NCBI GenBank assembly: GCA_937908275.1
Contig: CALERA010000017.1
Coordinates: forward strand, 1 to 51,446
DNA length: 51,446 nucleotides
Direction: 5' to 3'
Origin: an uncultured Desulfarculaceae bacterium
Lineage (GTDB): Bacteria > Desulfobacterota > Desulfarculia > Desulfarculales > Desulfarculaceae
Shown here in pieces: positions 1-11,018 of this stretch. The first letter of the stretch is position 1. Each line of letters begins with the position of its first letter. Below the pieces are notes generated by a model that was given only the letters and a program-made list of their open reading frames with translations, did not search any database and was not told the origin of the DNA. The position numbers and the translations under genes are program-made.

Positions 1-2
1 CC

Positions 3-1295
3 CGCCTGAACCTGCCGGCCATCGTGGACACCGGCGGTCCCATGGCCGCCGGCGACTTCCAGGGCCGCACCGTGGACCTGATCACGGTCTTCGAGGCGGT
101 GGCCAAGGTCAGCTCCGGCCAGATGAGCGAGGCCGAACTGACCGAGATGGAGGCTTGCGCCTGCCCCGGCCCGGGCTCCTGCGCCGGCATGTTCACCGCC
201 AACACCATGGCCTGCGTCACCGAGGCCCTGGGCATGAGCCTGCCCGGCTGCGCCTGCGCCCTGGCCATGGACCAGGACAAGGACGCCATCGCCCTGGCCA
301 GCGGGCGCAAGATCATGGACCTGCTGCAGATGAACCGGCGGCCCCTGGACATCCTGACCCCGGAGGCCTTTGCCAACGCCTGCCGGGTGGACCTGGCCCT
401 GGGCGGCTCCACCAACACCGCCCTGCACCTGCCGGCCATCGCCCACGAGGCCGGGGTGGACTTCGGCCTGAAGGACTTCGACCGCCTGGCCCGCACCACC
501 CCCCACCTGGCCAACATGAGCCCGGCCGGCCCCATGCGCATGGAGCACCTGGCCGCGGCCGGCGGGGTGGGGGCGGTGATGAAGCGCCTGGAGAAGGACC
601 TGGCCCTGGCCAACCCGGCGGTGAGCGGCGGCGCCCTGGCCGACTATCTGCCGGCCAGCGTGCCGGAGTGCGAGGCCTTTGACCAGCCGGTGCTGCACAG
701 CCTGGCCGACCCGGTCCATGCCGAGGGTGGCATCGCGGTGCTCTCCGGCAACCTGGCCCCCGAGGGCGCGGTGGTCAAGCAGGCCGCGGTGGCCGAGCAC
801 ATGCGAGTATTCCGCGGCCCGGCCCGCTGCTTCCCCGGCGAGCAGGCGGCCACCGAGGCCTACAACCGCCAGGAGATCCAGCCTGGCGAGGTGATCGTGA
901 TTCGCTACGAGGGTCCGGCCGGCGGCCCGGGCATGCGCGAGATGCTGGCCCTGACCGCCCTGATCAGCGGCGGCCCCCTGGACGGCAAGGTGGCGCTCAT
1001 CACCGACGGCCGTTTCTCCGGCGGCAGCCGGGGCGCGGTCATCGGCCACGTATCGCCCGAGGCGGCGGCCGGCGGCCCCCTGGCCCTGGTGGCCGACGGC
1101 GACCCGATCCTGATCGACATCCCCGGCCGGGTCCTGGCCCTCATGGTGGAGCCGGCCGAGTTGGAGCGCCGGCGCGCGGCCTGGACCCCGCCCGCGCCCC
1201 GCTTCACCCGGGGAGCCCTGGCCCGTTACGCCGAGCTGGTCACCAGCGCGGCCACCGGCGCGGTGCTGCGCAAGAACGCGCCCGCCGCCAAATGA
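3..1295 (+). CDS. ilvD: Dihydroxy-acid dehydratase, 5' end truncated by the window edge
   Basis: Motifs [46 protein letters not shown] and GHVSPEA. The frame stays open back to the window start. Confidence 0.97.
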   Translation, partial: RLNLPAIVDTGGPMAAGDFQGRTVDLITVFEAVAKVSSGQMSEAELTEMEACACPGPGSCAGMFTANTMACVTEALGMSLPGCACALAMDQDKDAIALASGRKIMDLLQMNRRPLDILTPEAFANACRVDLALGGSTNTALHLPAIAHEAGVDFGLKDFDRLARTTPHLANMSPAGPMRMEHLAAAGGVGAVMKRLEKDLALANPAVSGGALADYLPASVPECEAFDQPVLHSLADPVHAEGGIAVLSGNLAPEGAVVKQAAVAEHMRVFRGPARCFPGEQAATEAYNRQEIQPGEVIVIRYEGPAGGPGMREMLALTALISGGPLDGKVALITDGRFSGGSRGAVIGHVSPEAAAGGPLALVADGDPILIDIPGRVLALMVEPAELERRRAAWTPPAPRFTRGALARYAELVTSAATGAVLRKNAPAAK

Positions 1296-1348
1296 ACCGA
1301 AGTCAACCCGCCGCCCAAGGGCGGCCAGCGAGATAGCGAGAAAAAGCC

Positions 1349-3091
1349 ATGAGCAACCAAGCACCCAAGCAGAACCCCGGCCTGCCGGCCACCAACGGCT
1401 CCGACGCCATCATCGCCTCCCTGCACGCCCAGGGGGTGGACGTGGTCTTCGGCATGGTGGGCGGGTCCATCATCAGCGTGTACGACGCCCTGCACCGCGA
1501 CGGCAACCTGAAGCACGTCATCGTGGGCCATGAGCAGGGCGGGGCGCACATGGCCGAAGGTTACGCCCGGGCCACCGGCAAGCCCGGTGTGGTCATGACC
1601 ACCAGCGGCCCCGGGGCCACCAACCTGGTCACCGGCCTGGCCGACGCCATGATGGACTCCACCCCCATCATCGCCATCACCGGCCAGGTGGTCAGCCGCC
1701 TGTTGGGCAACGACGCCTTCCAGGAGGCCGACATCCGGGGCATCACCATGCCCATCACCAAGCACAACTACCTGATCACCAGCGCCGACCAGGTGGCCCA
1801 GACCATCTCCGAGGCCTTCACCATCGCCTTGAGCGGCCGGCCCGGCCCGGTGCTGGTGGACATCCCCCGCGACGTCTCCGAGGCCCCCACCGACATCCTG
1901 ACCACCGACCGGCACAACCTGGCCCCGCGCCTGGTCAACGTGCCCCTGGGCCATCCGGTGCAGGTGCAGCGGGCCCTGGACCTCATCGCCAACAGCCGCC
2001 AGCCGGTGCTCCTGGCCGGGGCGGGCATCATCCACTCCGACGCCTGCGCCGAGCTGCGGGCCTTTGCCGAGCTGTTGCAGATCCCGGTGGCCACCACCCT
2101 GCTGGGCCTGGGCTGTTTCGCCAGCGACCACGCCCTGAGCCTGGGCATGCCCGGCATGCACGGCACCGGCTACGCCAACCTGGCCCTGCACAACAGCGAC
2201 GTGATCATCTGCGTGGGCTCGCGCCTGGACGACCGGGTCACTGGCCGCCTGGAGCGCTTCGCGCCCAACGCCAAGCTGATCCACGTGGACGTGGACCCCA
2301 GCGAGATCAGCAAGTGCATGCCGGCCCTGGTGCCCATCGTGGGCGACGCCAAGCAGGTGCTGGGGGCCATGCTCCAGGGCGCGCGGGCCTGGGAGCGCCG
2401 GCCGGACTTCAGCGCCTGGCACAAGGTCATCGGCACCTGGAAGCAGCGCTACCCCATGGGCTATGTCCAGCGTGACGGGGTGATCAAGCCCCAGCAGGCC
2501 ATCGAGTCCCTGAACGGGCTGCTGGACGACGAGGACATCGTGGTCACCGGCGTGGGCCAGCACCAGATGTTCACCGCCCAGTACTACAACTTCCGCCGGC
2601 CCCGCACCTTCATTACCAGCGGCGGCCTGGGCACCATGGGCTTCGGCCTGCCGGCGGCCATCGGGGCCAAGCTGGCCAAGCCCGAGCGCCGGGTGCTGTG
2701 CGTGGATGGCGACGGCTCCTTCCTGATGAACATCCAGGAGCTCTGCACCGCGGTGCGCTATCGCATCCCGGTGGTCTCCCTGGTGCTCAAGAACAGCCAC
2801 CTGGGCATGGTGCGCCAGTGGCAGGGCATGTTCTTCGACCAGCGCTACGCCCAGACCCAACTGGCCCCGCCGCCCTACGACCAGGTGGCCCAGGCCTTCG
2901 GGGCCCTGGGACGCAAGGTGGAGCGGCCCGAGGACCTCATGCCGGCCCTGCGCTGGGCCCTGGCCGCGGCCGAGGACCAGCAGCTGCCGGTGGTTTTGGA
3001 CGTGAAGGTGGACTCGGACGAGGCGGTGCTGCCCATGGTGCCGGCCGGCGGAGCCAACGTGGACTTCATCCCCTGCCGGTTGGAGGACTGA
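1349..3091 (+). CDS. ilvB: Acetolactate synthase large subunit
   Basis: Motifs HEQGGAHMAEGYAR, TSGPGATN, DAFQE, GVGQHQM, SGGLGTMGFGLPAAIGA and the TPP motif GDGSFLMN..N. Lies in an ilv operon. Confidence 0.96.
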   Translation: MSNQAPKQNPGLPATNGSDAIIASLHAQGVDVVFGMVGGSIISVYDALHRDGNLKHVIVGHEQGGAHMAEGYARATGKPGVVMTTSGPGATNLVTGLADAMMDSTPIIAITGQVVSRLLGNDAFQEADIRGITMPITKHNYLITSADQVAQTISEAFTIALSGRPGPVLVDIPRDVSEAPTDILTTDRHNLAPRLVNVPLGHPVQVQRALDLIANSRQPVLLAGAGIIHSDACAELRAFAELLQIPVATTLLGLGCFASDHALSLGMPGMHGTGYANLALHNSDVIICVGSRLDDRVTGRLERFAPNAKLIHVDVDPSEISKCMPALVPIVGDAKQVLGAMLQGARAWERRPDFSAWHKVIGTWKQRYPMGYVQRDGVIKPQQAIESLNGLLDDEDIVVTGVGQHQMFTAQYYNFRRPRTFITSGGLGTMGFGLPAAIGAKLAKPERRVLCVDGDGSFLMNIQELCTAVRYRIPVVSLVLKNSHLGMVRQWQGMFFDQRYAQTQLAPPPYDQVAQAFGALGRKVERPEDLMPALRWALAAAEDQQLPVVLDVKVDSDEAVLPMVPAGGANVDFIPCRLED

Positions 3092-3093
3092 TC

Positions 3094-3639
3094 ATGGAGC
3101 AGCTCAACCCCTTGGCGGTCTTGGTGCGCAACGAGCCCGGCGTGCTGGCCCGGGTCTCCGGCCTCTTGGCCCGGCGCGGCTTCAACATCCACTCCCTGGC
3201 CGTGGGCGAGACCGAGGATCCCCAGGTCAGCCGCATGAGCATCTTTATCAGCGGCGACGACGCGGTGCGCGAGCAGGCGGTCAAGCAGTTGCGCCGCCTG
3301 GTGGACGTGATCCGGGTCAGCGACCTGACCGACACCCCCCGGGTGGAGCGCGGCCTGGCCCTGATCAAGGTCTCCGCCCCCCGCGAGCGGCGCAGCGAGA
3401 TCATCGAGCTGGCCAACATCTTCCGCGCCGCCATCACCCACGTGGACAACGCCACCATGGTCCTGGAGGTCAGCGGCAACCGCAACAAGATCGAGGCCAT
3501 GATCGGCATGATGCGGCCCTTTGGCATCCTGGAGATGGCCCGCACCGGCCAGATCGTGATGCTGCGCGGCCAGGCCGCCCTGGCCCCGGCCCAGAACGAG
3601 ACCCCGGACCCCAGCTACCTGGCCGAGGCCGTGGCCTAG
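3094..3639 (+). CDS. ilvN: Acetolactate synthase small regulatory subunit
   Basis: ACT motif NEPGVLARVSGLLARRGFNIHSLAVG and C-terminal GILEMARTG. ATG at 3094 follows GGAGG and the ilvB stop. Confidence 0.95.
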   Translation: MEQLNPLAVLVRNEPGVLARVSGLLARRGFNIHSLAVGETEDPQVSRMSIFISGDDAVREQAVKQLRRLVDVIRVSDLTDTPRVERGLALIKVSAPRERRSEIIELANIFRAAITHVDNATMVLEVSGNRNKIEAMIGMMRPFGILEMARTGQIVMLRGQAALAPAQNETPDPSYLAEAVA

Positions 3640-3764
3640 ACCCGCTCCCGGCCGCCCGGCGCGCCCGCGCCGGGCCTGGCCAGGACCGGGAGCATGTGTT
3701 ACAAACTGGGCCTAAGCCCGCAAACATATGGCATGATAACCCAACCCGAAGGGAGCTTCCTTAA

Positions 3765-4760
<996 letters not shown>

Positions 4761-4870
4761 CCAGCCGGCGCGGGATGGGGCGCTAGCCCCGTCCCGGTCC
4801 GAGCCTCCCGGCCGCCGCGCCCAACCCCGGCGCGGCGGCCCGACCACCTCCCAACGCGAAGGATGACCCC

Positions 4871-6268
4871 ATGCCCAGCCTGTTCGACAAGATATGGTCG
4901 GCTCACGTGGTGCGCAGCGAGTCCGGCCAGCCCGAGCTGCTCTACGCCGACCGCCACCTGGTGCACGAGGTCACCTCGCCCCAGGCCTTCGAGGGCCTGC
5001 GCCTGGCCGGCCGCAAGGTGCGCCGCCCGGACCTCACCTATGCCGTGGTGGACCACGTGGTGCCCACCAAGGGCCGCCACCTGCCCTGGGACGACGCCGT
5101 GGCCGTGACCCAGCACCAGGCCCTGAAGCGCAACTGCGCCCAGTTCGGGGTGTTGCTGCTGGACATCGACGACCCCCGCCAGGGCGTGATCCACGTGGCC
5201 ATGCCCGAGCTGGGCCTGATCCTGCCCGGCCAGACCGTGTTCTGCGGCGACAGCCACACCGCCACCCACGGGGCCTTTGGCGCCCTGGCCTTTGGCATCG
5301 GCACCAGCGAGGTGGAGCACATCCTGGCCACCCAGACCCTGCCCCAGGCCAAGCCCGCCAGCCTGGCGGTCAGGACCACGGGCCGCCTGGGCGCCGGGGC
5401 CGGGGCCAAGGACCTGATCCTCTACATCATCGGTCGCCTGGGCGTGGCCGGGGGCACTGGCCACGCCATCGAGTACCAGGGCCAGGCCTTTGGCGAGCTC
5501 TCCATGGAGGGCCGCATGACGGTCAGCAACATGAGCGTGGAGTGCGGGGCCAAGGCCGGCCTGATCGCCCCGGACGAGACCACCTTCGCCTGGCTCAAGG
5601 GCCGGGCCTTCGCCCCCCAGGGCGCGGACTTCGAGCGCGCGGTGGCCTATTGGCGCACCCTGCCCAGCGACCCGGACGCCCGTTTCGACCGCACGGTCGA
5701 GATCGAGGTGGAGGGCCTGGGGCCGCAGGTGACCTGGGGCGTCAACCCGGGCCAGGTGGTGGCGATCGACGGCCGGGTGCCCGCGCCCGAGGACTTCCGC
5801 GACCCGACCGAGCGCTCGGCCGCCAGCCGCGCCCTGACCTACATGGACCTCCAGCCCGGCATGCCCATCGAGGAGATCAAGGTCGACGTGGTCTTCATCG
5901 GCTCCTGCACCAATGGCCGCCTGGAGGACCTGCGCGCCGCCGCCGCCGTGGCCAAGGGCCGCCAGGTCGCCCCCAACGTGACCGCCCTGGTGGTGCCTGG
6001 CTCGGGCCAGGTCAAGGCCCAGGCCGAGGCCGAGGGCCTGGACCAGATCTTCACCGCGGCCGGCTTCGAGTGGCGCGAGCCCGGCTGCTCCATGTGCCTG
6101 GCCATGAACCCCGACGTGCTCCAGCCCGGCCAGCGCTGCGCCTCCACCAGCAACCGCAACTTCGAGGACCGCCAGGGCCGCGGCGGACGCACCCACCTCT
6201 GCTCCCCGGCCACCGCCGCCGCCTCGGCCATCCAAGGCCGCCTGGCCGACGTGCGGAAGCTGGGATGA
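4871..6268 (+). CDS. leuC: 3-isopropylmalate dehydratase large subunit
   Basis: Motifs [36 protein letters not shown] and STSNRNFE. Confidence 0.97.
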   Translation: MPSLFDKIWSAHVVRSESGQPELLYADRHLVHEVTSPQAFEGLRLAGRKVRRPDLTYAVVDHVVPTKGRHLPWDDAVAVTQHQALKRNCAQFGVLLLDIDDPRQGVIHVAMPELGLILPGQTVFCGDSHTATHGAFGALAFGIGTSEVEHILATQTLPQAKPASLAVRTTGRLGAGAGAKDLILYIIGRLGVAGGTGHAIEYQGQAFGELSMEGRMTVSNMSVECGAKAGLIAPDETTFAWLKGRAFAPQGADFERAVAYWRTLPSDPDARFDRTVEIEVEGLGPQVTWGVNPGQVVAIDGRVPAPEDFRDPTERSAASRALTYMDLQPGMPIEEIKVDVVFIGSCTNGRLEDLRAAAAVAKGRQVAPNVTALVVPGSGQVKAQAEAEGLDQIFTAAGFEWREPGCSMCLAMNPDVLQPGQRCASTSNRNFEDRQGRGGRTHLCSPATAAASAIQGRLADVRKLG

Positions 6269-6277
6269 GAGGAAGAT

Positions 6278-6333
6278 CGGGGGGAAACTTTTGTGAACAA
6301 AAGTTTCCCCCCGCGCCCCCCTTCAAAAAACTT
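6278..6333 (+). repeat. Palindromic repeat element, copy A: 16-bp perfect inverted repeat plus C-rich/A-rich tail
   Basis: CGGGGGGAAACTTTTG-tgaa-CAAAAGTTTCCCCCCG, followed by cgccccccttcaaaaaacttt. Confidence 0.85.
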
Positions 6334-6427
6334 TAGGGGGGGCCAGGACTGAGGCGAAGCGTGATGGCGCGCGATAAACCAAAGTGACGGCGGCGATGAG
6401 CGAACCTGGTCTTTGTCACTAAATTCG

Positions 6428-6463
6428 GGAGATTGCTTCGTCGCTGGCGCTCCTCGCAATGAC
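6428..6463. repeat. Short palindromic element GAGATTGCTTCG...CCTCGCAATGAC
   Basis: The ATTGC/GCAAT inverted arms are visible in the sequence. From memory it resembles dispersed GTCATTGCGAG...GAAGCAATC repeats in other bacteria, which I have not verified. Confidence 0.55.
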
Positions 6464-6541
6464 GGCGATCGCCGGAATAACGTGCGCCGCCCCGTGTTTG
6501 ATTGACCACCCCGGGCGCAAGGCGCGCAGCGGCTTGCGCGC

Positions 6542-6601
6542 AAAGCTTTTTGGGAAGGGGTCCGGGGAAACCCTTTTTCCCCGAAAAAGGGTTTCCCCGG
6601 A
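6542..6601 (-). repeat. Palindromic repeat element, copy B: 19-bp perfect inverted repeat, opposite orientation to copy A
   Basis: TCCGGGGAAACCCTTTTTC-ccc-GAAAAAGGGTTTCCCCGGA. The minus strand continues ccccttcccaaaaagcttt, which matches the copy A tail. Confidence 0.85.
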
Positions 6602-6636
6602 AATCTCCCCTCTCCCACTCCCCAAAGGAGTAACCC

Positions 6637-7266
6637 ATGCAGAAGTTCGTGAAGTTTTCCGGTTTGGCGGCGGTGTTGGACGTGGCCAACGTGGACACGG
6701 ACCAGATCATCCCCAAGCAGTTTCTGAAGCTGGTCAGCCGCGAGGGCTTTGGCCAGTACGCCTTCTACAACTGGCGTTTCAAGGCCGATGGTTCGCTGGA
6801 CCGGGACTTCGTGCTCAACCAGCCCCGCTACCAGGGGGCCGAGGTGCTGGTCTCGCGCGAGAACTTCGGCTGCGGCTCCAGCCGGGAGCACGCGCCCTGG
6901 GCCTTGTTGGACTTCGGCTTCCGGGTGGTCATCGCCCCCAGCTTCGCCGACATTTTCAAGAACAACTCGGCCAAGAACGGCATCCTGCTCATCGAGCTGG
7001 AGAGCCAGATGGTGGACGAGTGGATCAAGCGGGTGGCGGGCGGCGAGGGCTACCGCATCACCGTGGACCTGGCCGGCCAGGTGCTGACCGGCTCCGACGG
7101 CTTTGCCTGCGTCTTTGGCATCGACCCCTTCAAGAAGCGTTGCCTGCTGGAGGGCCTGGACGACATCGGGCTCACCCTGCAGCACGAGGCGGCCATCGCG
7201 GCCTATGAGCAAACCCACAACCAGCCCTGGCAGGCGGCGGTGGCCGGGGCCAGCGGGAGCAAATGA
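6637..7266 (+). CDS. leuD: 3-isopropylmalate dehydratase small subunit
   Basis: Motifs [34 protein letters not shown] and [18 protein letters not shown]. Confidence 0.97.
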   Translation: MQKFVKFSGLAAVLDVANVDTDQIIPKQFLKLVSREGFGQYAFYNWRFKADGSLDRDFVLNQPRYQGAEVLVSRENFGCGSSREHAPWALLDFGFRVVIAPSFADIFKNNSAKNGILLIELESQMVDEWIKRVAGGEGYRITVDLAGQVLTGSDGFACVFGIDPFKKRCLLEGLDDIGLTLQHEAAIAAYEQTHNQPWQAAVAGASGSK

Positions 7267-8264
7267 GCATGTCCAAGCAGCCTTATCGGGTGGCGGTCAT
7301 CGGCGGCGACGGCATCGGGCCGGAGGTTACGGCGGCGGCGCAAAAGGTCCTGGAGGCCACGGGCGTGGCCTTTGATTTCAGCCACTTCGACGCGGGCGAC
7401 GCCTGCCTGGCCCGCACCGGCCGGGCCTTGCCCCAGGAGACCCTGGAGGGCGCCCTGGCCGCCCAGGGGGTGCTCTTCGGCGCGGCCGGGGCCTCGGCGG
7501 CCCAGGTCATCCTGCGCCTGCGGGCCGAGTTGGGCACTTTCGTGAACGTGCGCCCCTCCAAGGCCTACCAGGGCGTGGAGTGCCTGCACCCGCGCACCGA
7601 CCTGATGATCATGCGCGAGAACACCGAGTGCCTCTACGCCGGCATCGAGGCCAGCCTGACCCCGGAGGTCGTCACCGCCACTCGGCTGATCACCGCCACC
7701 GCCAGCGAGCGCATCGCCCGCTTCGCCTTCGAGCACGCCCGGGACCACGGCAACCAGAAGGTCACCGCGGTGCACAAGAACAACGTGCTGATCAAGACCG
7801 ACGGCCTGTTCCTGAAGATGTGCCGCCAGGTGGCCGAGCAGTTCCCCGGGGTGCCCTACGAGGAGGCCCTGGTGGACTCGGTGGCCATGCGCATGGTGAT
7901 GAAGCCCGAGCAGTTCTCGGTCATGGTCACCACCAACCTCTTCGGCGACATCCTCTCCGACCTGGCCGCCGGCCTGATCGGCGGCCTGGGCATGTGCCCC
8001 AGCGCCAACCTGGGCCCCAAGCACGCCCTGTTCGAGCCGGTCCACGGCTCCGCCCCGGACATCGCCGGCCAGGGCAAGGCCAACCCCACGGCGGCCATCC
8101 TCTGCGCGGCTATGCTCTTGGGCCATCTGGGCGAGGACAAGGCCGCGGCCCGGGTGGAAGCGGCGGTGGAGGCCTGCCTGGCCGCGGGCCAGGTGACCAG
8201 CGACCTGGGCGGCAGCCTCTCCACCGAGCAGGCCGCCCAGGCGGTCATCGCCCGGCTGGGCTAG
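7263..8264 (+). CDS. leuB: Isocitrate/isopropylmalate dehydrogenase family protein, probably 3-isopropylmalate dehydrogenase of the short archaeal-like type
   Basis: Motifs [26 protein letters not shown] and [13 protein letters not shown]. Coupled to leuD. Confidence 0.85.
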   Translation: MSMSKQPYRVAVIGGDGIGPEVTAAAQKVLEATGVAFDFSHFDAGDACLARTGRALPQETLEGALAAQGVLFGAAGASAAQVILRLRAELGTFVNVRPSKAYQGVECLHPRTDLMIMRENTECLYAGIEASLTPEVVTATRLITATASERIARFAFEHARDHGNQKVTAVHKNNVLIKTDGLFLKMCRQVAEQFPGVPYEEALVDSVAMRMVMKPEQFSVMVTTNLFGDILSDLAAGLIGGLGMCPSANLGPKHALFEPVHGSAPDIAGQGKANPTAAILCAAMLLGHLGEDKAAARVEAAVEACLAAGQVTSDLGGSLSTEQAAQAVIARLG

Positions 8265-8416
8265 GGCGTGGCCTGGCCTCGCCCGGCCTGGCTCTGGCTG
8301 GCGGGCCTGTTTGGGCTGGCCGGCTGCGCCGGACGCCTGGAAGGCGAGGGCGAGGTGGATGTCTTCAAGTTCGTCCTGGGCCTATGGCTGGGCTGAGGCC
8401 GGGGCGGGCGACGAGG

Positions 8417-8462
8417 GAAAAAAGGCGCGGACCGGGTCGTCAGGCCCGGTCCGTTGCTTTTG
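8417..8462. terminator. Probable bidirectional intrinsic terminator between convergent genes
   Basis: An A-run, then the hairpin cggaccggg...cccggtccg, then a T-run. Confidence 0.6.
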
Positions 8463-8473
8463 GGGCGTGATAC

Positions 8474-8680
8474 TCAGGACTTGTCCTGTTTCTTGAGCTG
8501 ACCCTTGAGCCGCCAGGCCTCGGAGAGGTAGGCCGAGGCCACCACCAGCACCGCCAGGATGAGCACCAGCCACCAGTTGAAGGGCTCGCCCTTCTTGGTG
8601 AAGAAGAAATAGGTCAGGGCCAGGCCGCCCAGGAAACCCATGACCGCCCGGATGATCAGCACCAGATATCTTCGGTCCAT
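8474..8680 (-). CDS. Small two-TM membrane protein (68 aa), unknown function
   Basis: MDRRYLVLIIR... has two hydrophobic segments and a basic tail. GGGAG RBS and host-like codon use. Confidence 0.7.
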   Translation of the reverse strand: MDRRYLVLIIRAVMGFLGGLALTYFFFTKKGEPFNWWLVLILAVLVVASAYLSEAWRLKGQLKKQDKS

Positions 8681-8765
8681 GCCTGCCACTCCCCTGGGGG
8701 TTGCCGTCCTGAAACCCCTTAATATCACGGCCAGGCCGGTCCGTAAACCAGGGCCGCGTCCGGGA

Positions 8766-8794
8766 TTGACCCACGCGCCCGCTCCGTGTACCTT
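8766..8794 (+). promoter_or_regulatory. Putative sigma70 promoter
   Basis: TTGACC-17 nt-TACCTT upstream of the ORF at 8824. Confidence 0.45.
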
Positions 8795-8823
8795 GGGGGC
8801 GAAAACGGTAAAGGGAGGAAGGC

Positions 8824-9018
8824 ATGAGCGACCAGCCCCATGACATCCGCGAGCGGAGCCTGCGCCCGGACTTCGACACCACCGCCGAGCTCTGGGACCG
8901 GGTGGTGGACGACATCACCCGCACCGGCGGCCCCTGCCTGGACACCGTGGAGCAGCTTATCGACGACGCCTGCCACCAGCCGGCCCGGCTGGAGAGCGAG
9001 AAAGGCCAGCCCGAGTAG
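8824..9018 (+). CDS. Small acidic hypothetical protein (64 aa)
   Basis: Strong GGGAGG RBS, GC3-rich codons and a candidate promoter upstream. Confidence 0.65.
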   Translation: MSDQPHDIRERSLRPDFDTTAELWDRVVDDITRTGGPCLDTVEQLIDDACHQPARLESEKGQPE

Positions 9019-9053
9019 CCCCCCAAGCCCCGCCGGCGATTAATCAGACTCTC

Positions 9054-10991
9054 GTGAGGTGCCCATTGGATTGGATGGAGATTTATCGCCAGCGGCGCAA
9101 GGATGCCGACCAGGCCCTGAATTTGCTGCGCTCGGGCAGCCGCATCTTCCTGGGCTCCGGTTGCGGCGAGCCCCAGCACCTGGTGCGGACCCTGGCCGCC
9201 AAGGCCGGTCAGCTCACCGACGTGGAGGTGATCCACGTCCTCAGCGTGGCCCAGGACACCTACACCGAGGCCCGCTTCGCCGACAGCTTCCGCCCCAAGA
9301 AGTTCTTCGTGGCCGCCGGCGCCCGCCAGGCGGTGCAGGAGGGCCGGGCCGACTACGCCCCGCTCTATTTGAGCGACGTGCCCCGCCTGCTGCGCGAGCG
9401 CCGGCTGCCCATCGACGCGGCCCTGATCCAGGTCACCCCGCCCAACGAGCACGGCTACGTCTCCCTGGGGGTGGCGGTGGACGTGGTCAGCGACGCCCTG
9501 GAGATGGCCCGGGTGGTGATCGCCCAGGTCAATCCCCGGATGCCGGTGACCCACGGCGACGCCTTTGTCCACATCAGCGAGTTCGACGCCATCGTGGAGT
9601 ATGAGGAGCCCCTGATCCGCTTCACCACCCCCGGCCCGGACGAGGTGCAGCAGAAGGTGGCCCGCCAGGTGGCCAAGCTGATCAAGGACGGCTCCACCAT
9701 CCACTGCGGCCTGGGGCGCATCCCCCAGGCGGTGCTGGCCGAGCTGCACGACAAGCGCGACCTGGGGGTGCACACCGACGTGCTCACCGATCCCTACGTG
9801 GACCTGGTGGAGGCCGGGGTGATCACCGGAGAGCGCAAGACCTTCTATCCCAAGAAGATCCTGGCCTCCTACTGCCTGGGCGGCGAGAAGCTCTTCGCCT
9901 TCGTGAACAACAATCCCCTGGTGAAGTTCTTCCCGGTGCGGGTCACCAACGACGTGGCCAACATCGCCCTGAACGAGCGCATGGTCACGGTGCACGAGGC
10001 CATCGAGGTGGACCTCACCGGCCAGGTCTGCGCGGACATGGCCGGCGGCCGGGTCTACGCCGGCTTGGGTGGCATGGTGGACTTTTTGCGGGGGGCGGCC
10101 AAGAGCCAGGAGGGCCTGAGCGTGGTGGCCCTGACCAGCCTGCGCACCGACGGCAGCAGCCGCATCCGGCCCATGCTCAGCGAGGGCGCGGGCGTGGCCG
10201 TGACCCGGGCCGGGGTGCGCACCGTGGTCACCGAGTACGGCACCGCCTACCTGCACGGCCTGTCCCTGAGCGAGCGGGCGGTGGCCCTGATCGACATCGC
10301 CCACCCCCACCACCGCGACGCCCTGCTCACCGCCGCGCGGGAGCTGGGCTTCATCAGCCAGACCCAGATTTTGGTGCCGCTGTTCACCGGGGTCTATCCC
10401 CAGGAATACGAGCACCAGGTGACCCTGAAGGAGGGCGCCGAGGTCCTGGTGCGGCCGGTGAAGGCCACCGACGAGCGCCTGGTGCAGGAATTCTTCTACG
10501 GCATGAGCGACCGCGAGGTCTACTACCGCTTCCTGCACGCCATCAAGGCCTTCCCGCGCAAGGACATGCAGCGCATGGTCAACATCGACTACCACCGCGA
10601 GATGGCGGTGGTGGCGGTGAGCGGGGAGATCGGCCACGAGCAGATCGCGGGCCTGGGGCGCTACGTGCTGGGCGCGGGCGAGCTGCCGGAGGTGGATTTC
10701 GCGGTGCGCGACAGCTTCCAGGGCAAGGGCCTGGGCCGGGTGATCATGCAGACCCTGGTGGACATCGCCAAGAGCCGGGGCTACAAGGGCATCGCCGCCT
10801 TTGTCATGCCCGAGAACCAGGCCTCGCTGCACATCCTCTACAGCCTGGGCTACGCCGTGACCGGCCTGGTCAGCCAGGGCGTCATCGAGCTGAGCGTACA
10901 CTTCGACCAGCCGGTGAACGAGCCCACCGTGAACCTGTCCTACGACTTTGGCCACAGCCCCCTGAGCGACGAGCCCCTGAGCCGGATCTAG
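9054..10991 (+). CDS. Acetyl-CoA hydrolase/CoA-transferase family domain fused to a C-terminal GNAT acetyltransferase
   Basis: Motifs SGCGEP, GYVSLG, VIAQVNPRMP, EVDLTGQV, GGMVDF and VVTEYG. GNAT motif VRDSFQGKGLG. The start may be TTG at 9066. Confidence 0.9.
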   Translation: MRCPLDWMEIYRQRRKDADQALNLLRSGSRIFLGSGCGEPQHLVRTLAAKAGQLTDVEVIHVLSVAQDTYTEARFADSFRPKKFFVAAGARQAVQEGRADYAPLYLSDVPRLLRERRLPIDAALIQVTPPNEHGYVSLGVAVDVVSDALEMARVVIAQVNPRMPVTHGDAFVHISEFDAIVEYEEPLIRFTTPGPDEVQQKVARQVAKLIKDGSTIHCGLGRIPQAVLAELHDKRDLGVHTDVLTDPYVDLVEAGVITGERKTFYPKKILASYCLGGEKLFAFVNNNPLVKFFPVRVTNDVANIALNERMVTVHEAIEVDLTGQVCADMAGGRVYAGLGGMVDFLRGAAKSQEGLSVVALTSLRTDGSSRIRPMLSEGAGVAVTRAGVRTVVTEYGTAYLHGLSLSERAVALIDIAHPHHRDALLTAARELGFISQTQILVPLFTGVYPQEYEHQVTLKEGAEVLVRPVKATDERLVQEFFYGMSDREVYYRFLHAIKAFPRKDMQRMVNIDYHREMAVVAVSGEIGHEQIAGLGRYVLGAGELPEVDFAVRDSFQGKGLGRVIMQTLVDIAKSRGYKGIAAFVMPENQASLHILYSLGYAVTGLVSQGVIELSVHFDQPVNEPTVNLSYDFGHSPLSDEPLSRI

Positions 10992-11018
10992 GGGCGCGGG
11001 ACCGGGGCGGCGCGGGCC

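Noticed and set aside
6269-6636. CRISPR array, coding ORF or leucine attenuator in the leuC-leuD spacer
   Set aside because: There are no regularly spaced direct repeats and no cas genes. The ORFs crossing it are not protein-like, and I found no Leu-rich leader.
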